Of a stretch of DNA of 39,623 bases, positions 12,992 to 37,545 are shown in pieces; the first letter of the stretch is position 1, and every line of letters starts with the position of its first letter. The position numbers and the translations under genes were made by a program. The DNA lies in NCBI GenBank assembly GCA_027604505.1, contig JADIIX010000173.1:1-39623 (forward strand), written 5' to 3'. This DNA is from Gonapodya sp. JEL0774 (lineage: Eukaryota). A model generated the notes under the pieces. That model was not told where the DNA came from and did not search any database. It saw only the letters and a program-made list of their open reading frames with translations.

Positions 12992-13094
12992 TGATTTGCC
13001 AATAATTTACGAGAAGGGGTGAGGGAATTCCGAAATACTGTATGAATGTAACGTATTCGCAGGAAAATGGAACAATGCTATCAGAATTCGAAGT

Positions 13095-15557
13095 CTAATT
13101 CCCTCCGCCGACCCCGTTACCATTCCCTGCAAGAGTGTCCTCCATCTCCTTCATGAACTGAAGATAATCAGCATCCGCTGTCGTAGGCTCTGCGTCCCCA
13201 CCGGGCACTCTCATTGATGACCTCCGTCGCCCAGGCGCCGGTTCATCCTTTACCGCGAGAGGCTCCATCCCCGTGATCCCGTACACCTCCAGATCGATGA
13301 CCTCGAATGGTACAAAGAAATCCTCAGAGCGATGTCCGGTCGACATGACAATGTTGCGCGTACGACTGAAACGATAGGTTGGTGGAACGTTGACCTGGAC
13401 AGGGTGCTGTTGATACACTCCCGACTGCATTGTTTCGTCGAGAAATATTCGAGCTTCTTTTTGCTTGTCGATGCTTGCTCCTCCTCCAAATGCAACCCCG
13501 TGAGGCCCAAAGTGTGCGTACATGTTGTTTTGCATCGTGGTTTGTAGCACCTGATTAGGTTGAAAGCCAAACGATCGTCAATTACCAGTTTTCAGTTGTT
13601 CGAAGGTTTTCCCTACTCAATCAGAGCTCACTTCAAAATGCGGGTGCAATTCGAAAATGAATGCCTCTTCATTTCCGAAATACGAGTTTTTCACTTCTTC
13701 CCAGTTCGTTGGCACAAAAGCCCCAATGGTAATTCTTTCAGAGGAAGGAGTGCCCACTACCTTGCCCTTCTTTGGCTGACCTGTGATGAGAACAACCGTG
13801 GGCATATTCGCTCTGAACACGTGATCTCGGAACATTTGTAAGGAGAATCCGTGCGAGTTCCCCGAATACAGAAGCTTCCAGCTTGCTTGCACAGCCGACG
13901 AGTATTTCATTGCCTTCTTTGATGCGGATTCTGGGATGAACATTGACAACTGCCACGCGACAAACGGTGTAACGACGGTGGGGCGCCCGTCGTTGGACAT
14001 CAAAACTGGCAGAATGGGTTCCAGGCACATGTTGCGGGAGACTCGAGCAATCCGTGTCATGGAGGCGTGAGGGTCGAACGATTCTGAACCACCCAGAGTT
14101 CGGATGTCAGCGTCAGGGACTGCGAACAGTGTCATGAAATTGTCTTGGAGGAAAATGGCGAAACCTTCCGCCAATGCTGGCGCCTGAACCGAGACCCACT
14201 GGCGCAGCTGTGACAGGGTGATGGTGTCGTTGGAGTTAAAGTCAGCAGGTGCACGAACATTCATGTCCGGTGAGTACCGCACGAAACGGAAAATCTGGTC
14301 CACAATCCCCATGACCTCCTCTCGAAGAAAAGATGTCTGCAGGGCACTTAGATCCAACCCAGCCCCCTCCGTTTGCGGCGAGTGTGGATGTGCGACATAG
14401 TCGGGAGTGAGCAAACTTCCCCCGGTAGGGTTCACAGGGGGTCCGTTGGCTGGAACTTTGCCATAAGCCTTGTTCACGAGGCTAAATTTGTACATGCGAA
14501 CCGTCGAAACAGCTGTGAGAATGCGACAGAGCTCCCCGTGAGTGATGGACGCAGCCTCGTCCCCGTCAGCTTGTGGCACCATCTTTTCCGATAGGACAAC
14601 CACAAAACTCCCAGCCTTGATGCTTGCCATTCGTTGTTGGATACTGTGGAGCTTCTTCTTGCGACCAAGCGTCATGGCGACCCTGTTTCCCAAGTTCGGA
14701 TCCGCGGTCCGTCTCCGTAAAAGCTCCTTCATTAGAATCACCTGGGGACCATTGTCCAGGGTGGTATTCCCACCAATAGGCACACCATCGAGGGAGTTAG
14801 CAGAAACGGACGCCGCCCTGCCTCGGCGGAGAGTGCCCATTATAGAGCTTTTGCGACTTGGAGACACTGACCGCCCACCGTTGGCTTCCTGCGCACAGCT
14901 GCTGCTGTGAGCAAATGCGTCCAGCATCTGGAAAAGGAGTTGTTCGGACTCCTCGGGAAGGGCGAATGATGCAAGAGCGTGGAGGAAGTGGTGGTAATCG
15001 AGTTCAGACGGGCCGACGAGGGGGTTATGGGCGTTGGCATGAAAGTGGGAAACGTGGCTACCACGGAAAGCTGACCAAACATGATCAAAAATAAGGGGAG
15101 GGAGTTTGAGGTAGTCCTGGGGATGTAATCGGAAAGCTTTGTTTCGGATCCATGATATTCAGTGGATTTCGCATCAACACCCCACCTCCACAACATCCTT
15201 GTTCAACACGATCCCATTCTTTTCTTTCTGACTGGCTTTGACTGTTGCAGGTGGCATCCTCGACAAATCCGCCTCTGGGGTTGGAGCATTCCTAGTCGAC
15301 ATCCAACTCCCCCTGCGGGAGGACGCCGAAGGCATTTGGGGTACGGGCGCCGGCGAGGGAGGATCGCCAGGTGACCGTAAGGGATCCCCAACTTTGCGAA
15401 CAGAGAGCCAGTTGAAGACTGCACGGAGAGTCCGGCGATCGCCTGCACTGAAGAGAGATTCAAGTTCGACGACGCATGCTTGTTCCGGGGTAATGAGTTC
15501 AGCAGATTCGTTTGCGTCTGGAGCAACTTTGGAAGAGAAGCAGGAGAAGCAGGACAT
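13095..15557 (-). CDS. TLDc-domain protein (Rtc5/MEAK7-like), paralog B
   Basis: WKLLYSGNSHGFSLQMFRDHVF..IGAFVPTNWEE..YFGNEEAFIFELHPHFEV..GVAFGGG..IFLDETMQSG..FEVIDLEVYG. Starts MSCFSCF at 15557. Colinear with paralog A. Confidence 0.85.
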
Positions 15558-17216
15558 GATAGTTGGGGTTTGTCGGTGGTTCCGGGTGGCAATGCTTCAA
15601 ATGTATTTTAGACGACAGTCGTCCTCGATTCCCTGAGCTGACCAGTGGGCAACTTGCTGACTGTTCAAACTGCAGCAAAGCTGCGATACTTGATGCTCGA
15701 ATTTGGCGGTGGCTTTGATGGTTGCGATGTGTCGTTGGATCAGACGGACAAGGACGCCAAGGCAGCCTGGATCACAGGCGAAGACGGGACAAACACAACG
15801 CAATTGAAAGCTTCAGAGCACTGTGGTCTTTCTCTTGAGTTTTGCAGCCAGCTTGCAGCTTCTAAAATTCAAAATCCCTGGATGATCGAAAGAACATTTA
15901 CTAGTCCCCCTTCCCTCATCAGCCAACAATTGAATTTTGAAACAGATAAGGAGACCATTGATTCGCGCGGATCGCGAAAATAGTGTTTTTGTACTATTAT
16001 TTTTGATTTTCTCATCCTGAGTTTACAGTAAGGCTGTCACGGAAAGTGCCGCTGTGCTGGTAAAGTTCACAATACGATCTGTTAATGCACATACGACCAA
16101 CAGACACACACGAGGTGAGACTTTTTCCTATCAGACAAGCACATCCAGTCATGTACCCAAGTTAGATTTTCAATGGTTAACTGTATTGCAATGCAACAAT
16201 CTAAAAGTCACTTTACACGAGATTGACCTGACTTCTGATGGATGATCGACCATGTTTTCTGTGATATTCACACCAATTCAAACTAACTACCAGCTTGCAG
16301 GAGGATTATACTCACTTGTCCTGTACGAAATAATGCTGATTTGGCTGAAAACGTGTTTGCCAATTGCTTGCTAATCAAAGAGGCAAGAACAGAATCAGTC
16401 CCAAACTTAGCAAATCACCGAAAGAGCTAGACTAGAAAGAGATGTGATCTCACTCACTATGGTCATGGAACAGCAACCAGTGACAGTTGTTGGCCGGGGG
16501 AGTCAGATAGCCGCGGGCTGCTTACAGGAAGAACAGCAAATGAACAAAATGAGAGCAGGACTGAATTCAGTCATGGTCTCTAAAGCACTCATCTTCCTTC
16601 GGTATTTCCAGTACGCTCGATCGCTCCTGCGTGTCCCGAGTCCCGCAAGGTCTCCAGTCTCCACCCGTTCACCGTCCAATGTTCACTTTTGCCTCCTCTT
16701 CCTCGCCTGTGGGCCGTTCCCAGTGCCCTTCCTGTTCCCATTCCTCTCCTCCACCACCGCAATCGCCTCCCGATCCCCCCCCACACCGTACCTTATCACC
16801 ACGGCCTGCACCACGAGGTATTCAGATATGTGGACAACGTGGGCCGCGCGGGGTTCGGAAAGGGGAAGCAGAGCGGGTGGTAGAGGGGTTGACTGGTAAG
16901 GGTGGACACGAGAGAACAATGACTGGTGAGCTCATTCGCGGCTACTGCGCACATAGTCATCCAACCAAACTCAACCCCCCCCTTCCCCCCCCTTTCCCCC
17001 CCACCCCACCCTCTCATCTTCCTTCAAACCCGTTGGGTGCTCCCATCCTCCGTCGGCCAGCTCGGCCACCACAATGTGCACCCTTTGCTACCACATCCGC
17101 GGAGACCATTGCACATTTCCTTGCTGGTCACGGTCCCTGGGACCGAGGCTTCCCCCTATGACGGGATCCAGTGGCCCTCGCCTCGAGTGGCACATCCGCT
17201 CCCCGACACCCCCAGG

Positions 17217-17406
17217 TCCACCGCACTCACCGCCACTTGTTTTCCATTCCCCGTCACCGCAGCACCCACCGCACTCACTGCCACCTGTTCCCGTCCCCGT
17301 TCCCCTTCCCTTCACCTTCCAGGCCCCACCGCACTCACCACCACCTGTCCCCGTTCTGTTTCCCTTCCCGTCACCCCCAGGGCCCCATCGCACTCACCGC
17401 CACCTG
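17217..17406. repeat. four spaced copies of a ~21-nt unit (ccaccgcactcaccgccacctg) with pyrimidine-rich spacers
   Basis: gcactcac cores at 17223, 17271, 17331 and 17390 (periods 48, 60, 59 nt). Confidence 0.85.
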
Positions 17407-18451
17407 GTTCACCACTCTCCGCTTCCCCCTCAAACACCCACTCACTTGCATCCACACTGATCCCGACTTGCATCTCGACGCTATCTCCATCCTCGAGGTG
17501 TGGCCGTGGCGCGCGAGGCCCGGTTTTGTGGTGGCGGAGGGTAGAGAAGGAGAGAGACTTTCGACTTTCCAAAGACCCTTCCCCAGGGCAGATGTGACTA
17601 CGGAGGAAGTGTCCACATCAACTATGCCCTTGACATCAAGGTAAGCTGCCTAGGGAGCTCGAATGAGTGTGCTGTGAATTCTTGGCAGCGATGCCACTCG
17701 ACAGAAATGTGATTCTCCCCGACTCGATGAAAAAGGGATTCTCCTGCTGTGAAACCCCCTTTCGAAGCTAGCCTTGAACTCAAGCCACTTAGCAGACAAT
17801 TCCACCGCAAACGTAGTCGCATTGATGGATGGGTTGAAAGATATCCATCACGCGGAATCCGTCAGGTCCCCATCATTCAAGGTCATTGCAAGAGCCACGA
17901 TAGCGAGGGCGTAATTTAATTGCAATTCCTGACAGTACAGATTCAAAGGGAACAAGTTCCCAATTTTGGAGCGGGGTTAGGGGTTCCTTGGCCCCTCTGC
18001 ACAGGCAACAGACAAGAAAACCCAATACATAGCAAAGGGAAGAATCAAGAGGAAAACGACGCATCAGCGGGCCAAGAAGACGAGAATCGGTCAGCGGGAA
18101 GAAAACAGAGCAAAAAGAGCAAAGGAAAATATTTGGACGGTGGAGGAGAAGAAAAGTTGAAATCGCGGAACAGCGACAGACACCGGCACAGAGACCACAC
18201 GGGCGCCATCGGTGGGGGAGACCGAGTGATCCAAACTCCCGCTGCCTTCAGCTTGGAGCTACAGAGAGAACCGGACACCAATCGCACTCCCATTCCAGGT
18301 CTGGCTGGGCCAAATAGAGCATCGACACCGACTTGGGCGACAAAACAGAGCTATAGCGATAATAGCGACGATTAGCGACTCGTGATTGGCGAATCACTGT
18401 CTGCGAATCACCAACACTCGACTGCACATCACCATACAACCACCACCAGGC

Positions 18452-21400
18452 ATGGCCGAATCCCGCTCTCAGCCTCTCCCGCCGCCGGCTCAACCTCCAC
18501 TCCCGTGCCTTCCCAACGTCCCCCACACCCCCTCGCTCGCTCCGGGCACGGTACTCTTCAAACCTGCGCTCGCTCGCTTCGGAATCGTCGCTCGCCCCGA
18601 CCTCGACCACGACGCGCTCCTCTGTGTTTCACCAGACGGAAAAACCTTCCACGTCAGACCCAACCTCCCGCACTCCTACGTCCTCTTGCTCAACCCCGAT
18701 GGATCCCCCGTCCGTCAAGCCCTCTCCTCCCACCCTGCCTCATCATCCTTCGTTACCCCTACCTCTGCCCCTACCTCTGCCCCTACCCGTGCTCCTTCGC
18801 ATGATGATCCCTCCTCGTCGTCGTCTCCTCCTCCCCCTCCTCCCCGGGCATCTAGGTCCTCGTCCCGCTCGGGTTCCTCCCCACGCATTGGACCTCCAGA
18901 CCTGCCGTTCCCCCTGAATGCCTTTCCTCCCACTGCCGCTGGCGGGGGTTCTGCCACACCACCATCCTCCATGCCCGATCAGCGTCTCCTCACCCCGCAG
19001 ACCTTTCAGACCCATCAGACCTCTCAAACTGCTCAGACTTCCCAAACCCCTCAGAACGCTCAGACCGCTCAGACGGCTGAGACCTCTCAGACCTCTCAGA
19101 CCCCTCCAGTCTCCACCCCCATCCCGCTCTCTGTCTCAGACGACCTCTACGCCTCCCTCCTCTCCGCCAGACACGCCTACTTTTCGAAAGAGGACGAGCT
19201 CGCGGGGATGACCGACTGGCTTAACCACGTCTGGACCGTGGAGGAGGACAAGACAGACGAGTTGAGGCCCGAGATGATTGCCCTGGTCTTGCAGCTTGGT
19301 GCTGGAAGTGGGGGCTACGGTGAGTGGTCTCTTAGAGTGTTTGTGAGGGCACACTGTATCGGGCGAGCAGCTGGAGACCGGCAATCCGAGCATCAGGGAG
19401 CAAATGCTCTCCATGCTCTGTTGCAGTCTTCTGGACGCCATTCGACCCCACGAGCCCCCTGGCGAGCTATCTCCCCCGTTCATATCCTGTTCTCCTCTGG
19501 ATCACGTTGATTTCCAAATTCGCTCTTCCACCCCATTTCACCACCCGGCCCCGCGCAGGCGCCGTCTCCCGCCTCCTGGCAACCCAGGCCGCTCTCCCTT
19601 CGCCCCCGCTCGCCCACATCGCCGCGCTCAACGTGGACCCATTGATGCTCCAGCTGTTGCAGCAGTATGGGGGGGCAAAGGACGAAGCGTACGAGGGGTT
19701 GGTGAGTTCCTTGGTTGGGGGAACGGGACGGTGGGTGGTGGTGGGGTGTGGTGGGGGGACACAGCCTGTGGGAGGGTTGGGATATAGTGGTTTGTGCGAC
19801 GGATTGGGCGGAAGTTGTGGTGTGGAAGAGGTTTTGTTGAGCAAGAGAGTGAGAGTGAGTTGTGGGGAGCCAAGAGCAGGGGAGTTGAGCGGTTTTTGTG
19901 GATTCAAGACAAGAGTTGGGCGGGAAGGAGTTGAGGCGAGACGAGTGGACCAGACGGGAGGTGAGGCTGGAGCGGACGTGAGACGGAACTTGCAACCTGC
20001 GGTCATCATCAAATATTGCGTGGAATGGACGGCAGACTTGCGAGTATGTGCACTCTTGCTTGTAACGCCAAACCACAGGTCCTAGCAGAGATGCGTAGTC
20101 CCCGTTCTTCTTTGGTGGCATTATCGAGGGCACCATGGTCTGGACACAAAGAATCAAGTAGGAATTTACGTGACGATGTCATTCTCGACATGGGCGCCGT
20201 CTGTACAAGTTTTAACGGTGGTTGGGGACTTATCAGGCATGGAGCGGCCCTTGACATGTTGGTCCCTCCACGACCTCGCTTGTTCACCAACACCCCGCGC
20301 TTTCTCGCTGCTTAAACTGCACTCACCCTCCACTTCACACTCCCACTTCTATTCCCATTCCCACTCGCATTTGCGCGCTCTCATTTCCAAGGCCTTTGAC
20401 GGCTGCACCCCCCTCCAAGTCCTCGCCGGCCTCTGCGAGCACAAACTCCTGGGGCCTGTGTTTGAAGCCGAACGCGTCGCGGCCGCCACCATCGGGGCGT
20501 CTGCAGCTGCTGGTGGTGGTGACCACGCCAGACATGATCCGGGAGTGGGAGTCGGTGGGACTGGACCCGCAGAGTTTTTGAAGTGTGCAGTGGGATTGCA
20601 TAGGCGAGAGGAGTTGGGGTGGGTGCTTGGTGCGCCTGGGGCGGCAGAGGAGGCCACCGTGGCGGCAGCTGCAGGGGAGCCGGGGAGGTTAGCGCTTCCA
20701 CCGCCTACTCCGTCGACGCCCCAGCGAGGTGGAGGCGGCGCAGGAGGAATGGGGAACGTACAAGGGAACGGACCAGCAACGCCATCGTCTCGGGCCGGTG
20801 CGTCCACGCCTAGTCCACCGCCCGACGCCACGCTGGCTACCTTGATGGCGTCGTGGCCTTTTTACCCGGCAACTGTAGATTTGGAGCCAGGTGTCATTCG
20901 GCCACCTCGAGATGCCGTGTTTTTCCCATCGGCGAACCCCGGCGCATGGTCCAACAGCACGCACCCGCCTTCACCGGGATCGGCCCACTACGGGTCCTCC
21001 CCTACACCGTCGGTCCATCTCCCCCTCCCGCCGTCCCCCGGTCGACTTCGCTTCTATCCTCCGACCTCGCCGCGCCTCCAACCTACGGTCCACACCCCTG
21101 CTCAATCCCACATGGCCCACACGCTTCTTCACGAACGCCGCGCTCTCCTCATGGAATGTGCCAAGCTGTTGATCGGCCACGGTGCCAATCCAGCCCATAT
21201 TAATGGACTCGGCGTGCCCGTCCTCCACAGCGCAATGGCATCGAAAAACGATGACTTGGCGATGCTCATTATCGACTGTGCGCGTGCGAAAGGAGTCGAG
21301 TGGGACTGGTATGAGCTGCCGGAGAGTGTGGGGAATCCGTTGCACGGAGTTGCAAGTTGGGGGGCCTATTTGGCGATAGTGAGCGAGGTGGTAGTGGAGA

Positions 21401-22448
21401 GGGTGAGGACAATGGACAAGGAAGCGAGGACGAGATGTCTGGAGATGGTGGATAGGGATGGGTTTGCGCCGTTGCACAGAGGTGAGTTGGTGTAACGGCG
21501 TGTTACATGTCATGAGCACTTTTTTCGTTGGATTCCAACAGTGCTCCTTCCCATGGCTGTGAATGTGCTTCCGACATTCACCCATACCATATCTCGGACC
21601 TGCTCAACACCCTCTGACTACTCTCAACCCAAATACAACGTTGCATTGCCAAAGCCGCCATGTCTGGCAACTATCAACTTGTCAAAATAATAGTCTCCGA
21701 GTTTGGGGGCGACGCCAACATCGCGACTGCGAGTGACTGTGCAACCCCGCTTATCCTTGCGGCCACATTTGGCCACCCTCGCACCGTGAGCACCCTCCTT
21801 GAACTCGGTGCGGATGTTGACGTGGCTGACGAGCGAGGTTGGACGGCAACAGACGTTGCCCAAGGCTTGGAGTATCGAGAGTGCTTGGCTCTCTTGATCG
21901 AAGCTGGTGGAGAGGCTGAGGTGGCGGCGGTGGAAGGGGTTTTCCACTGCGGGAACGTTGCGGGAGGGTGCACAAAGGTTGAAGAGGCCAAGGGGGAGTT
22001 TGCGCCGTGTAGACGGTGTGATGCCAGGCGGTATTGCTCGGACGAGTGTGGACGTGAGGTGAGTTTGTGTTCGAAGTGGGTTGCAGTTGCTTAGTGAGCG
22101 ATTCGCACGGAGAGTGTCCCAATTTGACCTTACTTGATCACATCGCTCCTATTTCCCCGTTCTATCCACTCAACCTGTGGACATCTCCCTGCTTCAACCC
22201 CGCGACCAATTACCAATGTCCAGGACTTTTACATCGGCGCACACAAGTACATGTGCCGAAATGCGAAGGGGACTAGCAGACGACGTACCTCTGCGCACCA
22301 TGCTGCCAGTGACGCCCTCGCGTCCACTAGTGCGCCGGTTGCCATTCCGATTCCAGGAGTGCTTGCTGTTGGGAGCGGCGGAAGTGGACCAGGTTCGTTC
22401 GGCACCTCGTTTAGTTTGCTTAATTTGGTTGAGTTAAAGAAGGGATGA
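18452..22448 (+). CDS. ankyrin-repeat protein with C-terminal MYND-type zinc finger, multi-exon
   Basis: Ankyrin motifs VPVLHSAM, GNPLHGVA, DRDGFAPLHR|AAMSGNYQLVKII and ATPLILAATFGHPRTVSTLLELGADVDVADERGWTA. MYND-like CGNVAGGC..CRRCDARRYCSDECGRE|DFYIGAHKYMC. Pro/Ser-rich N-terminus from ATG 18452. Internal exon structure uncertain. Confidence 0.8.
18998..19102 (+). repeat. coding 9-bp minisatellite (cagacc nnn) encoding (QTx)n
   Basis: QTFQTHQTSQTAQTSQTPQNAQTAQTAETSQTSQT in ORF 18386-19510. Confidence 0.9.
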
Positions 22449-22601
22449 ATTGGCTTGCGAAAAGGAGATAACAGAGTTATAATTCGTACATCAGCATTGT
22501 TGTTTGAAATATGAAATAAATTTGCAGTCTTGTTCGATGATGGCGGGTGGAGGGGCAAGCAAGGACTGCCTAACCCGATTATCGCCCCATATGATTCGGC
22601 A

Positions 22602-35740
<13,139 letters not shown>

Positions 35741-35917
35741 ATGTCATTGACGGCTTGTAGATAGATATTTTACACTAATGTATACCCCATTTTCTCGCTA
35801 TAAAAATCACGTGTATCTCAGGGACTATGATGATGTGGGACGCCGTGAGACTGCAGAATATTTACGTCCGTCACGGGAGTGCTGAGTTGGAAAAGGATCA
35901 CCAGTTACTTTATCTAA

Positions 35918-36051
35918 TAAACGTAGAGAGAGAGAGAGGAGAAATGGGAGGAAAGAGAAGGAGAAGAGCAATTCAACTTGACCAGTCATCAGCGTGACAT
36001 CGGGTTGGACATAAGTTGGCACTTGGACTGGGACTTGGACTTGAACTTGGA
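35918..36051. repeat. low-complexity tracts: (GA)n/purine run and (acttgg)-like hexamer repeats
   Basis: agagagagagagag at ~35924-35937. gcacttggactgggacttggacttgaacttgg at ~36019-36050. Confidence 0.7.
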
Positions 36052-37015
36052 AAAGTTTACACCACTATTTATCTAGAGTGACCATACATTTTCTTAGTAT
36101 AAAATTCCCACTTCTATTCCGAAATCAATTGTGTGCGAGAGGTTTGGAGAAAGATGGCATGATGAGCGAATCTCCACGTAGATGGATATGCAGGTGGCCC
36201 ACCAGTGAAGGAACTGGAGAAGTGCTTTGGAGCACAGAGGCAAGTTGGAGATTCACCATTTGCAGGAAGGTGGAAGGCGACAAGCTGGCGTGTCTCACCG
36301 GTGACTTGAAGGAGAAGGGGGGAGGCTTGGAGAGGGCAGTGCAAGCTCTTGAGACTTGTTGCCTGGAGGAAAAACTGTCCTTGGACAAAATTCAGAAGGA
36401 GCTTATCAAAGAACAAAGAAGCGAGTAGTTGAGGTAGCTGATGGTGCCCAGTCATTTCAGAATACATTTTTCTGTTGTTTTTCATTATCTATACACTCCT
36501 TTGTAGCGTATGAGGAGTCCTTGAAGCTCCTGAAACGCTGTGGATCATGGAAAAGAGCGATTTCATTTGAGTAAACGGTGAACAAACCGTGAACGGAGCC
36601 GGTCAAAGCCCAGAAAAGAGGTCCGGACAAAGAGAAGGCACCAAACATCATAGTTTAGTGATATTTCATTTGCGTAGCAAGATCTCGTGATGCAGGCACT
36701 TTGAAACGGGTAGAACCAGATGAGATACTGTAGGAGCTCCGAGTTCGCGACAAGATTCTCAGTCAAGAGGGCAGGAGATAGACACAGAAGCAGCGAGAAA
36801 ATAGTTCGAGTCATTTTAGAGAGTTGGTGTAGCTTTTTGATCCAGATAATGGAGAAATCGCAGCGAGAGAGCAGCATAATGACATTGAGAACATCAAGAT
36901 TGCTCAGGAGGCCCTTGCTGGAAGACTCAGAGGACAAACATGTTGCATAATGAAGGGCTAAAGCAGTGATTGCTCTTGGGGACAATTTGGAAGGAGAGAA
37001 TGCAGGAGAGTGTCT

Positions 37016-37119
37016 TTGAATTCTGGGGCACGTGGTGCCTCCTGGGGTGTTTGGCCACCACCCCAAAAGAGAATTCTGGGTGGTTTGGGGTGGTTCCTTT
37101 AGAATTCTGGGGTGGTTTC
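37016..37119. repeat. short direct and inverted repeats gaattctgggg(tggttt)
   Basis: gaattctgggg at 37018, 37071 and 37102. accacccca..tggggtggt inverted pair at ~37056-37085. Confidence 0.75.
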
Positions 37120-37545
37120 GAAAATGAGTTTGGTGACATGTGGTGTGATGCTGAATACAGTGGACATGCTGTATTACAGTCGGTCATTTGAGTAGATATG
37201 AAGTACTCATGATGTTGAGGACCAGTTTAACGTGTTACCTTTTTGATGCCTGTGTCGCGTTTTTTACACCCCCCACCCTGTAATTTACTTCACCCACCCA
37301 TAAAATCAATACAAGATGAACCTGTGAAATGATGTAAGATTACCATAATCTCTTGAACAATTGGGAGAAATGTGTATTCAGAATGTTAGCAAATCTAGTC
37401 TAGGGTTTCCCCATGAGTCAAGTTCAACACATTGGGGATAGACAGTTCTAAGGAATACATACATATCCTCCCGCCACTTTGTCCGAAAATTGTGGGGATA
37501 CATAGGGAGAGGAATCTGTGCACCCTCAAAAATACGCTGGAACAC

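Noticed and set aside
15645..16600. ORFs upstream of TLDc-B
   Set aside because: No recognisable homology or exon chain; could be promoter or decayed repeat.
17217..17406. CRISPR-like repeat-spacer appearance
   Set aside because: Eukaryotic context, degenerate repeats, mutually similar low-complexity spacers and no cas genes.
19467..20157. Long minus-strand ORFs within the ankyrin gene
   Set aside because: GC-rich, stop-poor antisense frames overlapping a better-supported plus-strand gene.
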